From Leucoraja ocellata (taxonomy: Eukaryota), in NCBI GenBank assembly GCA_036785375.1, contig JAWMAR010000009.1, forward strand, positions 12,400,001-12,464,000: a stretch of 64,000 nucleotides of DNA. The letters run 5' to 3'. Under the pieces are notes generated by a model. That model saw only the letters and a list, made by a program, of their open reading frames with translations, did no database searches and had not been told where the DNA came from. The number at the start of each line of letters is the position of its first letter. The first letter of the stretch is position 1. Shown here piece by piece: positions 1 through 13,635 of this stretch. Position numbers and translations under genes: made by a program.

Positions 1-504
1 AACTCCCTGTTCGCTCTTCTAAAGACCATCCAACACAAGCTTAATTGTATTGTATTGTATTCAAATTTATTGTCATTGTCTCAATTTGAGACAACAAAAT
101 GAATTTCCCTTACAGGCAGTATCATAAAAAATAAAAAAATAAAAAATAAAACACGACTAATCGTCCCTCATAAAACAACCTGCCCATTCCAAGTATTAGT
201 CTGGCAGATCTTCTCTGAACGATTTTCTATCCTTAAATAAACAGACGTACTATTCCTGAATCCCCGATGTAACCGAGGCATAACCTCTCCCTCCTTTTGC
301 ATTCAATTGCTCTTGCAATAAACAACATGTTGCCCAAGGGAGTTCTCTGATCACAAAATATATACTTTACTTTCAGTCATATACTGATAAGTTTGGATGC
401 AGTTTCCTGGGAGGTGGCTTGCATGGAGATTACGTACAGGATGGAACCAGCTGAATGACTATTTCCTGCTGTGACATTCTATACACAGCTGAAAGTGAAA
501 GAAA

Positions 505-678
505 CCCGAAAAAAAGACAGAGATGCAAGGAAATCATGAGCAACACACAGTGCTGGAGTAACTCAGTGCATCATTCAGCATCTGTGGAGGGAATGGAGGA
601 TCTTGACCCAAAACACCTATCCATTCCCTCTACAGATGCTGCCTGACGTTCTGAGTTACTTCAGCACTATGTTTTGCC
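505..678. mobile_element. Collapsed palindromic Penelope-like terminal element (two inverted ends)
   Basis: cagtgctggagtaactcag...gcatctgtggagggaatgga is the imperfect reverse complement of tccattccctctacagatgc...ctgagttacttcagcacta; arms resemble the Penelope termini elsewhere in the window. Confidence 0.7.
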
Positions 679-705
679 TGAAAGGAAGGATGGACACTTG
701 TACCT

Positions 706-977
706 TATGGGCCTGTCCCATTTAGGCAACTTGTTCGGCGACTGCAGGAGACTATGCAGTCGCCACATGTGCACGGGTGGTTGCCGGCGAGTCGCCTTCA
801 TGGTCGTGAGGAGTTCCCGCATTCTGGGAACTAGTCTCGGCCTCATTATAGTCGCCGTGAATTTTTCAACATGTTTGAAAAATTAGCTGCGACTAGAATG
901 CAGCCACTCCTTCTCCCACCCTCTTTTAAAGGACTTACCGTACATTGTGCTTTAGCCGTCTTTTTACAGCGCCAACG
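706..977. mobile_element. Truncated MITE/DNA transposon end, probably PIF/Harbinger-like
   Basis: Starts GGGCCTGTCCCA; CpG-rich GTCGCC/GGCGAC repeats; internal palindrome aatttttcaacatgtttgaaaaatt; right end absent, abuts a CR1 fragment. Confidence 0.5.
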
Positions 978-2195
978 ATGTACAAGGACACCCAGGTCTC
1001 ATTGAGCTTCCAATTTTCCTTATCTGCCACCATTCAGATAATAATCTGCCTTCCCGTTCTTGCCACCAAAGTGGATAACCTCACATTAATCCACACTACA
1101 CTGCATCTGCCATGCATCTGCCCACTCACCCAGCCTATCCAAGTCACCCTGCATCCTCATAGCATCTTCTTCACAGTTCACACTGCCACCCAGCTTTGTG
1201 TCATCTGCAAATTTGCTAATGTTACTTTTAATTCCTTTATCTAAATCATTAATATATATTGTAAATAGCTGCTGTCCCAGCACAGAGTCTTGCGCCACCC
1301 CACTAGTCACTGCCTGCCATTCTGAAAGGGACCCGATGATTCCTACTCTTTGTTTCCTGTCTGCCAACCAATTTTCTATCCATGTCAATACCTTACCCCC
1401 AATACCATTAATTTCCGTTCTAATTTTGCCCACTAATCTCCTATGTAGGACCTTATCAAAGGCTTTCTGAAAGTCCAGATACACTGCATCCGCTGGCTCT
1501 CCCTTATCCATTTTACTTGTTACATCCTCAAACAAATCCAGAAGATTAGTCAAGCAAGATTTCCCCTTCATAAATCCATGCAAACTTGGACCGATCCTGT
1601 CACTACTATCCAAATGCATCTTTAATAATTGACTCCAGCATCTTCCCCACCACTGATGTCAGGCTAACTGGTCTAATTCCCTGCTTTCTCTCCCCCTTTC
1701 TTATAAAGTGGGATAACATTAGCTACCATCCGATCCACAGGAACTGATCCAGAATCTATAAGAACATTGGAAAATGATTACCAATGTGCCCGCAATTGCT
1801 AGAGCCACCTCCTTGAGTACCCTGGGATGCAGACTATCAGGCCCTGGGGATTTATCAGCATTCAGTCCCATCAGTCTATCCAATACCGTTTCCTGACTAA
1901 TGTGAATTTCTTTCAGTTACTCCGCCACCCTAGATCTGTCCCCTTGTACATCTGGGAGATTGTTTGTGTCTTCCTTAGTGAAGACAGAACCAAATTACCT
2001 GTTCAACTCGTCGCCCATTTCCTTGCTCCCCATAATAAATTCACTTGTTTCTGTCTTCAAGGGACCCACATTTGTCTTAACCAATCTTTTCCTTTTCACA
2101 TACCCAAAGAAGCTTTTACTATCCTTCTTTATATTCTTGGCTAGCTTACCTTCGTACTTCATCTTTTCTCCCCGTATTGCCTTTTTAGTTACCTG
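978..2195 (-). mobile_element. CR1/HER1-type LINE ORF2 fragment (reverse transcriptase)
   Basis: ORF 1086..1619: HGFMKGKSCLTNLL, YLDFQKAFDKV, SKFADDTKLGG; ORF 1995..2297 CR1-like linker. Confidence 0.92.
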
Positions 2196-2467
2196 CATAA
2201 TATGCTTTACGTAGTTGGTGATGTCAACAATTGTTATTGCGCAGATCAGTGAAATTGCCAAAAATAAAATGTCACTGAGAAGAAAGTGTCTCCACATCGT
2301 AAAACCAAAGTAACAACTGCTGACAAGTGAAGAAATAAAGTAATTTATAGATATTTGTTCGGAAAGTATGTAAAAGCATATTGCTTTTGTGCTGCTATAT
2401 CCCCCACTTCCTCATCCACTCCTCACGTGACAGGGAATGCAGAGACAAACCCAAGCATGTTGTGGAA

Positions 2468-2750
2468 GTGGTGCAGCAGTAGAGTTGCTGCCTTACAGCG
2501 CCAGAGACCCGGGTTTGATCCTGACTATGGGTGCTGTCTGTATGGAGTTTGTACACTTTCCCATGGGGTTTTCAGTGGAAGCTCCAGTTTCCTCCCACAC
2601 TTCAAAGATGTGCAGGTTTGTAGGCTAATTGGTTAGGTGAAATTGAAAATTGTCCCTAGTGTGTGTAGGTTAGTGTGCGGGGATCACTGGTCGGTGCGGA
2701 CTTGGTGGGCTGAAGGGACTGTTTCCGTGCTGTAACCGTAAAACTAAAAA
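2468..2750 (+). mobile_element. tRNA-derived SINE (HE1/V-SINE type)
   Basis: A-box-like tggtgcagcagtag, B-box-like ggtttgatcc, V-domain-like core, CR1-like 3' tail; several copies in the window. Confidence 0.85.
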
Positions 2751-2757
2751 AAACAAT

Positions 2758-2938
2758 ATAGAAACATAGAAACATAGAAATTAGGTGCAGGAGTAGGCCA
2801 TTCGGCCCTTCGAGCCTGCACCGCCATTCAATATGATCATGGCTGATCATCCAACTCAGTATCCCGTACCTGCCTTCTCTCCATACCCCCTGATCCCCTT
2901 AGCCAGAAGGGCCACATCTAACTCCCTCTTAAATATAG
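2758..2938 (-). mobile_element. CR1/HER1 LINE 3' end with (TTTCTATG)n tail
   Basis: Near-identical to copies at about 21548 and 35700. Confidence 0.88.
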
Positions 2939-4959
2939 CTATATATTTATTCTATTCACTTCATATGTTAATGCCAAATGCTCTTCACAACCCAATGATC
3001 ATCAATCCCAACATCTAATCACAATTCTAACTTTTACCTAGGCTGACAACTGCAAACTCTGACACCCAACAGCAAACCTGGCACAATGTCAACCACCCTG
3101 ATTGACTGCTGCACCTTCCCTCTGCCCATTGCACGCTACGGTTGATGCTCACCTCAATACTTTCTCCCACAAGCACTAAAGATCCTACCCTGATTTACTT
3201 TGTGCAGGGTGTGCAAAGTAAAAGGCATTCCTCAAGTAAGGCAAGGCAAGGGGTTGACCCTGTCACAGAAGAACTTAAAACGGAAACAGGTATCGACCCC
3301 TCAAGCATGTCCCACAATTCAATATTATTATGGCTTACCTACACTGGCCTCAACTCTTCTGTGATCATTCCCCATGGCCTTTAATATCTCAATTTTACAA
3401 GTACAGGGTATTTATTCATCCCCACTTTCATTACACGTAATGATCTGGTTTCCACTACAATTGGATGGGAGGGAATAAGAATTTCAGAGATTCACTAACC
3501 CTATGGGGAAAATAAATTTCATTGCACTTCAGTCTCCTCCAGAAATGATAGCTATAAATTTTATTTATAAAATTAACATATTGGTAACCAAAGGCATACA
3601 GAGCAAAGTTAAGGCACAGGTCGTAACCAAGTGGTAGAGCAAATTCCCCATTTTCAAACAGTATAGAATGCCATTTGACTACTCAATCAATCTAATAAAC
3701 TTACTCTGAAATGCCTCCAATGCAGGAACATTCCTCCCAAACAAATAGACCAAAGATGTATGTGGAACTCTCAATATTGTTTCACCAATGCCCTATACAT
3801 CTCAAGCAAGACTTTCCAACTTTTGTATTCAATCCCTGTTTAATAAAGGCCAACATTGCAATTTGCCTTCCCAACTAATCACTGAATCTGTTGGCCAATT
3901 TTATGTTTCATGTCCGGAGACACCCAATTTCAAAGGATAACCCTCTATACTCTATCTCCATGTAAGAACATAAGAGATAGAAGCAGAGATAGAAGAAAGG
4001 GATATTTGGTGCCTTGTACCTGCTCTGACATTCAATTAAACCAAAGATAATCTTTGACCTCATTTACACTTTACTGTATTTATCCCATTTTCCACAATTT
4101 CGTTAAAATAAAAAAAATCTATAAATATGTCGAATGTGGCCTGTGATGAAGCCTTCAAGACTCTATTAGGCACAGAATACCAAAGATTCCTTCTTTTCTG
4201 GATGAAGATTTTCCCCCCTCCTCTTGGTTCATCTTAGTCTGAGAAAATGCATTGACATTAATCAAGCTCCAAGAATATAATATGCTTTCATTCTTCAAAA
4301 ATCTGGAGACTATAGACAGACGATAAATCATTGTACCATCCTAGAAAAATTCAGCATTATGAATTAGATAAGGCTGTTCAGTCATAAATAAACAATTAAC
4401 ACTATAATCAGGTCTGGTTCAAGGTCACAGTTTCATGTTCTAACAAAGTATTTCATACCTATGGTAAGTATGAATCCCATTTGAACATGTGGTTTAGTTT
4501 AAGCATGACTAACAAAAATACTTTCATACAAAAGGGCGTGTTCGTAGCCAAAATGTTGATTAAATTCTATAGAAATTGAAAAGAGCTGGTATTTTCAAAA
4601 TTTCATACAGATTAGAAAATTTCTTGCACTGGGGGAGCGTAACATCTAAATAACCTGTCCTACTTGTTCTTTCACTTTACTCTCCTGAAGGCCTGGTTGT
4701 GATACCTCTGAACATCCGAAAGGTATGCAATCATTCACTGCTTAAACATGTAGCACAGCAATGGACACTTGTATGGAGGTGCCTAATGTACATTGGGTGT
4801 GGAGGGGGAGTGCTGCTGTCCATTGACATTTACTCCAATGTTATTATCTGTAAGTTTACGCATGGGCAGTAGGACTACCGTTTCTTACTTACATAACAAC
4901 TGACTTATGCAAGGGTCCTCGGCACTTAAGTTATGCAAGCCGGGGAGTGCATGTATATG

Positions 4960-5150
4960 GAATAATCTTGTCAGAGGAATTTGTAGACAAGGGTGCATTT
5001 ACAATGTTTAAAAGACATTTGGACAGGTGCATTGACAGAAAAGGTTTAGAGGGATTTGGGCCAAACATAGGCAAATGGGAACAGCATGGATAGATATCTT
5101 GGTCAGCATGGACAAGACAGTCCAAAGTGCCTGTTTCTGTGCTCTGTGAG
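4960..5150 (+). mobile_element. Old CR1 LINE 3' fragment
   Basis: tttaaaagacatttggacagg...tttgggccaaacataggcaaatggga...gcctgtttctgtgct, a CR1 3' signature. Confidence 0.7.
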
Positions 5151-6983
5151 GCCGACAAAAAAGCATAAGTACTAAATAAATACCTAGAGCAGAATGTTCC
5201 TTGCAGCCAATTGCAAGATGGCAAGATCATAAACTCCAGTCTGGAATCTCTAGTTTGAGGAGCTGTCTGAAGTTATCCTATTGGAATTGTAACTGCCTTT
5301 ACATGCTTGTGTTTTAACATGGCTTTCTTAGACCAGTATCTAGCCATTGTTACAACAATATAGCCCAGTTAGCCCAACAGCAGATATTAAAATCAAATAA
5401 TTTTAATCCTGCTCCGAATTTTGCAGTAGCATAAGTTTACTGAAGAATGACTGATATTTATTGTGTAAATTCTTTTGGATCATAAATCCATGTTCAAGGT
5501 TGCAAAGCATCACAGAGCTTTAACACAAAGTTTGATATTGAGTCGTATAAAAATTAATAAGGACAGGTAACCAAAAAGTTGATCAAAAAGTTATATTGCA
5601 AGTGTATTAAAGGCTAAGAGTCAGAATTGGTTGACGTAGGATTCTTATGACTGAAGTTTGCCACTAATGAAGGTGGTCTGAAGTACAATGCAATGACCTT
5701 GGAAGGACACAGAGATTTGTTGATTACAGAGAAAGGGATGGATGGGGCAAATGAAGCAGGTTTTAGAAGAAATTTGGAAGCCAGGATGAAAATGTAAACC
5801 GAGACTTGGCTGAATGGGGAGCTAATGTAAGATAGTGAGAAGAGGTATTTAATACGCACGAGAATGTAAAAATCAAGAGAGGAAACCAAAATCAAAACAT
5901 AATGCCTTTGCAAATGAACCATTCTCCGATATTGGAAGGGCATAACCAGTTGCCTATTGTTACGTAACTAACGGGTCATGATCCTGAAAAGAGAAGCCTG
6001 TCCAAATAATTTACTTCAGAAGAAGGAGGAAATGATATAAAAGGTTAGGCATCTCTTTTCTTTGTTCTATCAAAGCCTACATTTGTTCTTGTTGCTATGG
6101 CTATGAAAATAAATGTAATGAGGATGATGCTCGTGCTTGTTGTGATACCACAGGTGATCCTTGATGAGACTCATGTTTGCCCACATGAATTAGTTGCATC
6201 AACTTAAAGGACATTCAAAATATCACTTTGTAACCATGCAATCATTCCATTAAAGTTCATGCAGATGCTTGTATATCTATTATGCAAGGATGGAGCTTAA
6301 CGTATGCAAGATATTTTTCTACTTATTCACAAGGAAATAGGCGTTGCCACCAAAGGGATCTGTTACATTTCCCAAACCATTAGGTTATGGCCAACTATCA
6401 CAAACGGTCACTGTCTTTAAGAATATATGAAATAGATGAGTACAGGATTCCAAAGATTCAATCTAGAACATCTACCTTGTGACCTACCTTTGAATCATAG
6501 TCAATGCAGCAATAGTCCTCAATCATGCTTCAACAATTTTGAAATAAAGATGAACAGGCGATTTGTTTTTCTGATTAGTTGATGCATCTGCAGGCCACTT
6601 GTATTGTCACTAACATGAATAGACGTTATGTGGGAAAACAAACCAAGAAGAGGATACAGAGTGGCAGATGGGTTTGATAAACAACCAGGAAATGGCTAAT
6701 ATTGTGCAACGTGAAGCGAAGAAATAGCAGGCAGCATACTTGGAGAATTCTTCCTATTGCCACAATATTTCTTTATGCAGCTTGTCTCGTGTCTGGTCAT
6801 CGATAACCCCCAGGATGTTGATAGCGGGGCACTTTGTGATGATAACATTGAATACCTGGTATCAGCTCCCTCTTGTCGGCTATGGCAATCAACTGGCACT
6901 TGCCTCACTCAATGAAACAATCTCAACCAGAAACGCAGGCTGACTTCACAACCGCTAAAATCACTGGCAACTTTCAAACTTAC

Positions 6984-7097
6984 CTGCAGCGACATTTCAA
7001 TGATCATCATCAGTTTTTTAATGCCGATCCAAACCGGCTTATCCTTCACATGTTGTATGATCCGAGCTCGTTCCCGATCATCAAATCTGCCAAGGAG
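6984..7097 (-). CDS. NSF: NSF coding exon (approx. exon 19), 114 bp: LLGRFDDRERARIIQHVKDKPVWIGIKKLMMIIEMSLQ
   Basis: ORF 6909..7223 contains the NSF C-terminal peptide; tttcAG acceptor, GTAAGT donor; phase 0-0. Confidence 0.96.
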
Positions 7098-7949
7098 CTG
7101 AAAAGATATTAATTTTTTTTTTAAAGTAATTAACAATCTTCCCCCTCCTCCTGAAGATATGGTCACTTGCTGGGGGACAAAGCCACAAAAAGCTGTTTCC
7201 CCTGGGTACAGTACTTTACCCAATGAGTGTCAGCACCATATCTATGTTGGTGCATTCTTCCAACTAGTTAGTGTACAGGAGGCGCACACCTCAATCACGT
7301 TCCCCATCCCATTCAAAGCGTAAAGTCTAAAGTCACTACAATACACGATGCTGATGAGAGAATTGTCAGTCAATTGGAACCTCCAAGGTATGGATAGGTT
7401 ACAAAAATTGGCATTGAAATAATGAATTGTTTATTTTGTACTAATGTAGAGCCACAACCGTTGTCTTATGCCAGCACATGAAATAAAATATGAATGGGAT
7501 ATCGGGGAATAGTTATATCTACACTGAATTGAAATCAGTCCAGCTGCATTTATACAATATTTAAAATTACTTGCAAATGCAGTTCATTTAAAGTATTTGT
7601 ATCAACCTATATTATACATATTATTTCAAAGGAATAAATTATTAACATAACTTACAATAATTCCATTTAACTAATTGTGACACATTGTACTGGAACAATT
7701 TTTATTAAAAAGATCTCAATATTCATCACATGCTCCAGCTTCTTTTACCAATTACCTTAATTTCGAGTTCCCTAATTATGGACCTATCTGCAAAGGTGAG
7801 TGGGTTCTTCCGATTCATTCCACCTCTCAATTTTAACACCTCAATTAGACCTCCCCCAATTTTTTTTGTTGCAAGTGACATAACTGCAGTTATGCAATCT
7901 CTTCCCGTAAGCTATAATTTACCAGCCCAACAACATTGTTTCACGTCAG

Positions 7950-8040
7950 AAGGTAGACAAAAGTGCTGGAGAAACTCAGCGGGTGCAGCAGCATCTATGG
8001 AGCGAAGGAAATAGGCAAAGTTTCGGGCCAAAACCCCTCT
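7950..8040 (-). mobile_element. Short Penelope-like terminal repeat copy
   Basis: Matches the arms of the 22885-23818 element. Confidence 0.8.
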
Positions 8041-8599
8041 CTGTCCTGTCCAATATCATCACATCCTTTATATAGCGTGTTGAACAAGTCACAATTTCCA
8101 AAGCAACTTGTAGAAAGTCCATGCTCTCTTCCCTTGTGGACTAACCTTCCACCAGTCAAGTATCGCCAATTATCTTTGTCTTGCCATAGGGAACATGCAT
8201 ATAAAATATCTGCTGCTTCATAGTTCTTAGTATCTTGACATTCTTCATGTGTGCTCTTTCCTTATCTTACTAAATGTGTGACCTCCCACTTTTCAGATTT
8301 AATAACTGTTACCACTTCGTACGTAACTAATCAGTCCATCAATATCGTCCTGGAGGCTACAATTTCCTTACTCACCGTCAATCGTACTAGCAATTTTGGC
8401 ATGAAATACAAAAGTCTGACATTTAAGTCCACAGATGCACTACCACAACTGTTATTGTGCTTCTTTCTGAAATGTAGACCTGATCAGATCTCCTCTATCA
8501 CTTATCCACCTGGCAGAACTTGTGCTTACTCACAATAATCTCCCCTTTTGGTTTCTCTCACTTTCTACAAATCAAATGTGTAGCCAGAGGTGCTCGCAG

Positions 8600-10280
8600 C
8601 CCTTGTTTGAAATCTACTCTGGCACCACACTCCAACTCTTTTAATGCTATGTTGATGACTGCATTGGTGCTGCCTCCCCAACTTCTGTGGAACCTGTCAA
8701 TTTTATCAACTCTGCTATAAACTTCCACCTTGCCTCAAATTCAATTGAATGATTTCTGATCTCTCTGTTGCTATCTCAAGTGACAAAGTAACCACTGATA
8801 TTTATCATAAACTCACTGAGGCCCACAGTTACTTAGACCACACCTCCTCTCACACTGTCTTTTAGAAAACATAGAAAAACAAGTGCAGGAGTAGGCCATT
8901 CGGACCTTCGAACATCATCATGGCTGATCATCTAAAATCAGTATCCCGTTCTTGCTTTTTCCACATATCCCTTCATTTATTTAGCCCTAAGAGCTAAATC
9001 TCTCTCTTGAAAACACCCAGTGAATTGGTCTCCACTGCCTTCTGTGGCAGAGAATTCCAGATAATTCTGGGTGAAGACATTTTTCCTCATCTCAGTCCTA
9101 AATGGCCTACCCCTTATTCTTAAACGGTGAGCCCTGGCTCTAGACTTTCCCAACATCGGGAACATTTTTCCTGCATCTAGCCTGTCCAAACCTTTAAGAA
9201 TTTTACGTTTCTTCTAAATTCCAGTGAAGCCATCACCTTTTCATAGTGTCTCCACCTCCACTACATCTGTTCTCACAGCAAGGCTTTCCGTATCTGAAAT
9301 GACAACCTTTTTCAGGCAACATGACATTCCCTCTACTGTGGTTGATTCTGCCCACACCTGCATCTCCTCCAATTTCCGGACTTCTGCTTCTACCCAGACA
9401 GAATGGCAATAGAGTTTCTTTAGTCCTTATCTTTCACCCTATCCGCCCCTGCATCCAGCATGTCATTCTTTATCATTTCCATCAGTTGCTATGAGATGCC
9501 ACAAACCATATCTTTCGCTCTCCACCCCTTCCTGCAGGAATTACACACTCGGACTCCCTGGTTCACTCCTCCGTGTACAACCTCTGTCAGTTTTCCCTGC
9601 AACCTTTGGAGGTGCAATACCTATTCACCACATCCACTTTCACTTTCACCACATCCAAGACGTTAACAACTCTTCCAGGTAAAGCAGGATTCACATGTTC
9701 AACCGCCAACTTTGGGTATTGCAGATGGTGCTTGTGATGTAGCCTCATCTACATTCACGAGGCTAGATACAGACTTGGTCACCACTTTGACGAGTATTTG
9801 GTCTCTGTCCGCATTGCCATCCTGAACTTCTGGCTGCATGCCATTTCAATTCCCCCTTCCCACACAGAACTGTCAGTCCTCAGCCTTCTCCACTGGAAGC
9901 CAAATACAAACTGGAAGAATAGTACCTCATTTTCCACCTGGCAGTCTACAACCCAATGGTATAAATATTGCACTTTCTGATTTCTGGTAACCCGTACATC
10001 GTGTTCCTTTCTCTCTCTTTCTGATCCACCTAGGTTCTCTCAAGCTCTGCTCTTTTCAACCATCCTCCAGTTCCCTGTTACCCAGTTACTTTCCCCTTTT
10101 CTGGTTCCACATTACCTTTCTCACTCAGCAAATTTCAGAATCTGCAGCTTTTTGCCTTCTCTTCTCATCACCTCCCAGCCTCTGTCTCTACCTCCAGCCT
10201 CCCCTCCCTTTCACATAGCTGCTGCATCCCCTTCCTCATCTGGTCTCGCCTATCACCCACCAGCCCGATTCACTCGTCCC
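8600..10280 (+). mobile_element. Degraded Penelope-like element (RT C-terminus and GIY-YIG), interrupted by a CR1 3' fragment
   Basis: 8790-8860 reads like TDIYHK.T.AHSYLDHTSSH; 9740-9990 resembles the GIY-YIG C-terminus at 23346-23614; pyrimidine-rich tail. Confidence 0.7.
8865..9207 (-). mobile_element. CR1/HER1 LINE 3' fragment nested in the Penelope relic
   Basis: ORF 8977..9189 DRLDAGKMFPMLGKSRARAHRLRIRGRPFRTEMRKNVFTQ. Confidence 0.85.
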
Positions 10281-10608
10281 CCTCACTCTTGTATTGCTTA
10301 ACACATTGGAAATGCTGACACAGTGAATCAGTAAGTGAATGATGGTCTTGGATCCTTGTTCCACGTACATGAGTTTGAGTCACTGGCTGCAGGGTTTTCT
10401 TCAACAGACTAAGAACCATTCTTAACTGCCAGTGCATTGTTTTCAATGTAGTTGAGAATTTTTTTAATGAAACAAGATCACCAGTGCGTCATTGATTGAG
10501 AGTGCAGCACTTCTGTTATTTTTTGTATTATCACACAAACAAGAATTTAAATTGAGAAAGTTGAACTGTAATTTCTGAGTAAAATAAGATAGGGGGGGAT
10601 ACATTTTA

Positions 10609-10848
<240 letters not shown>

Positions 10849-11039
10849 TCAGGTAGCATGACCAACAAATCCTTTTAATCACCACCTGGACAATGATAAA
10901 AATCAAGTACTCTTGAGCAAACTGCACCATAGGTAGTTTGCAAACCTCTGGCTTTACAAGACTCTTGGCGACGCTCCACTTCAACTTAGTTACAAGGAGT
11001 TTCAAATGTTGGAATCTTGTACTGTTCGGCTCCTCCATT

Positions 11040-11365
11040 TACCAATCCTTCAAGCTTTTTTATTTTCTGGCATTCTGCTTTCATGAGGCTGTGTGAAGTA
11101 TAGATGGAGTCGAGTCAATCCGTGGTGGTGGTGGTGGTTGCAAACAACGTGGGGTGGCCTCTTTGCATGACGGACTGAGCTGCAGTTGGCAAACTGAGCA
11201 GTTGGTAAACCAAGAAGATGCTTTCTGCGGTGCATCTGTAGAAATTGGTAAGTCATTGTAGAAACGTTCCTTTACCATCTGAGGAAGTAGAGGCTTGGTG
11301 TGCTTTCTCAGCCACAGAGTCAATGTGGTTGGATGTGGACTAATTGGTGATAATATTCCCAATAG
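11040..11365 (-). mobile_element. Rex1/Babar-type LINE fragment
   Basis: Degenerate homology to the 60481-61090 RT C-terminus. Confidence 0.6.
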
Positions 11366-11919
11366 ATCCAGTGTCATTTATATGCACATACTTACCTATA
11401 CAGACATCGGTATCAATTACATAGTGCACATAGTCAAAATACATGGATCAGCATTCACATGTTCAAGCGAGAGCGATACAAATTCACATTCTAGAGACTT
11501 GAATACATAATCAATGTTCTCATTACAGCATAGTATTGCACTACTAGAAGTGGAAGATATCAATTAAATAACACTCCGTCTCTCATCAGAGGTGAATTTA
11601 AAACATCTGGAAGAATTTTATGTATCATTCTGAACTATAATCACCTTACATAAAAAATATACTATTTATCCTGCTTTGTAAAAATTGTAACTGTTCTCGC
11701 AAAGTGGTCAACGTTTTAAAAATACTAAAATCCAAAATGGCTCTAAAGCTGTTATCAGATGAATAATCAAAAGAGAAGTACACGATAATAAACTTGAAAG
11801 GTCATCAAATTAGAAAAGGAGGACTGATGATGCAATACTTTTCAACATAAGAAATGTGCCAAGTAATTAGACTTATTTTGGTCATTCGGACATTTCCTGA
11901 AATAATGCGTTACTTTTTT

Positions 11920-12965
11920 TTAATACAGAGATAGAGCACAAATCGGTTTTGATAATAATAAACCTGTTAATTGCCATATGTGCAGGCAAAGGAACAATGA
12001 AATTCTGACTTGCAGCTTAACAGGCCTGAAAATGTAATAAGTAGAGATATTTTCAGAGTTTCTGAAACAGGCTGTGTTGCAACCAGTCAGTGTGATTACT
12101 ACTGTACACGTGTAGAATTTCAATTTCAAAGCGTATTCATCGATATACTGAATCACCTCAATCTTCTAAGGAAGTAGAGGCATTGATGAGCGTTCCTTGA
12201 GATTGCATCAATGTACTGGGGCTAGGACATATCTTCAGAGATATATTTTCCCATGAACTTGAAGCTGTTGACTCTCTCCACCACTGTCCCATCGATGAAG
12301 CTAGATTCGTGGATCCCCAGTTCCTTGCTTTTGCTAACGTTGAGAGAAAGATTATTATTCTGGCACCATTCAAACAGATTTTCAATCTCCCTCTTGAAAA
12401 CTAACTACTCACTACCCATTATTTATCTGATAACGGTGATATTGCCAGTTAATTTGAAAATGGTGCTGGAGCTATGTCCGGCTACACAGTTGTGCGTATA
12501 GCGCAATGGAGCAGGAGACTGAACTCACAGCTTTGAGGTGCTCTTGTGCTGATGGTTATTGAAAAGGAAGGGTCTTTGCCAATTCGTACTGATTGTGGTC
12601 TGCCAATGAGACAGCCAAGGATCCAATTACAAATGGATAAACAGAGACCACAGTTCTCTTGTCTAAGGAAGGATCTCAAACCGAAATGTCACCTATTCCT
12701 TTTCTCCAGATATGCTTTCTGACCCGCTGAGTTACTCCAGCTTTTTGTGTCTATATACAGTTTGATAAGCTTTGAGGGAAGGGTGGTGTTGGACAACAGG
12801 CTACAGACGATGAACAACGGCCTGACATACATGTTCTTATTGTCCAAGCAGTCCAGTGTAGAATGGAGAGCCAGTGAGATTGCATCCCTATTGATCAATA
12901 GGTGAATTGTGGTGGGTCCAAGCCCTTACAAAAACAGGATATGATATGCGTCATAACCAACCTCA
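11920..12965 (-). mobile_element. Rex1/Babar-type LINE RT fragment with a nested Penelope terminus at about 12662-12752
   Basis: ORFs 12689..12898 (DAISLALHSTLDCLDNKNMYVRPLF) and 12482..12679 ([19 protein letters not shown]...APQ). Confidence 0.8.
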
Positions 12966-13370
12966 AAAGATTTGATCACCAAGGATGTTAGTGATGCTGG
13001 CATTAACTGGGATCCTTCCACCAAAGGAGATACTAAATGCAGATGCCAAGTTCTACTTTACCACAGCACCTTTAACATATCTATTGAGGACACTCCAGCT
13101 CAGGCCAGATATATTAAAAAAACACCAAGATAAACTTTCACAAATAGAGAATGCAAATCATATTGGACGATGCATTTTATGTTCATATGCACAAAATAAC
13201 AATTACGCCGGTAAAAGCTTTTAGGAAAGGATTGTGGATTGCAACACAGGCAGGAGACAAGTCAATCTGGAAAGTCTGTATTCTGATTTCTGGGCTGCTA
13301 CAATTAAAATGGAAGAAACAAAAAGCAAAAGACACATCCACTGACATTGGACTTTAAGTTTTATTCTCAA

Positions 13371-13635
13371 GATATAGATATATAGATATAGATATGCCAT
13401 TTATTGTCACTATACATGTACAGTGAAACTGAAAGCTGCTCGTACTCAGTGCATACATACAATTTTACACAAAAAACAAGAAACAGAAAAACAAAACAGA
13501 AGGGAGATGGGGGGGGGGGGAATAGGTGCACAAATTCTACGGCGCTACATACATATATACATATATACAGATGGAAGTCCGTGTTGGGCGGTGTAGTCAG
13601 TGCATGTGTGGATTTGAATTTATGGTAGATATAAT
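13371..13635 (-). mobile_element. Non-LTR retroelement 3' end (AATAAA followed by an (ATATCT)n tail)
   Basis: Minus strand ...gtgacAATAAAtggc then microsatellite tail; similar architecture at 45-155. Confidence 0.55.

Noticed and set aside
2468-2540. tRNA gene
   Set aside because: tRNA-derived SINE head that continues into a SINE body; no complete cloverleaf.
1-6983. NSF penultimate and last exons (MDPEYRVRKFLALLREEG-like)
   Set aside because: No matching peptide with splice sites found by eye; they probably lie left of the window.
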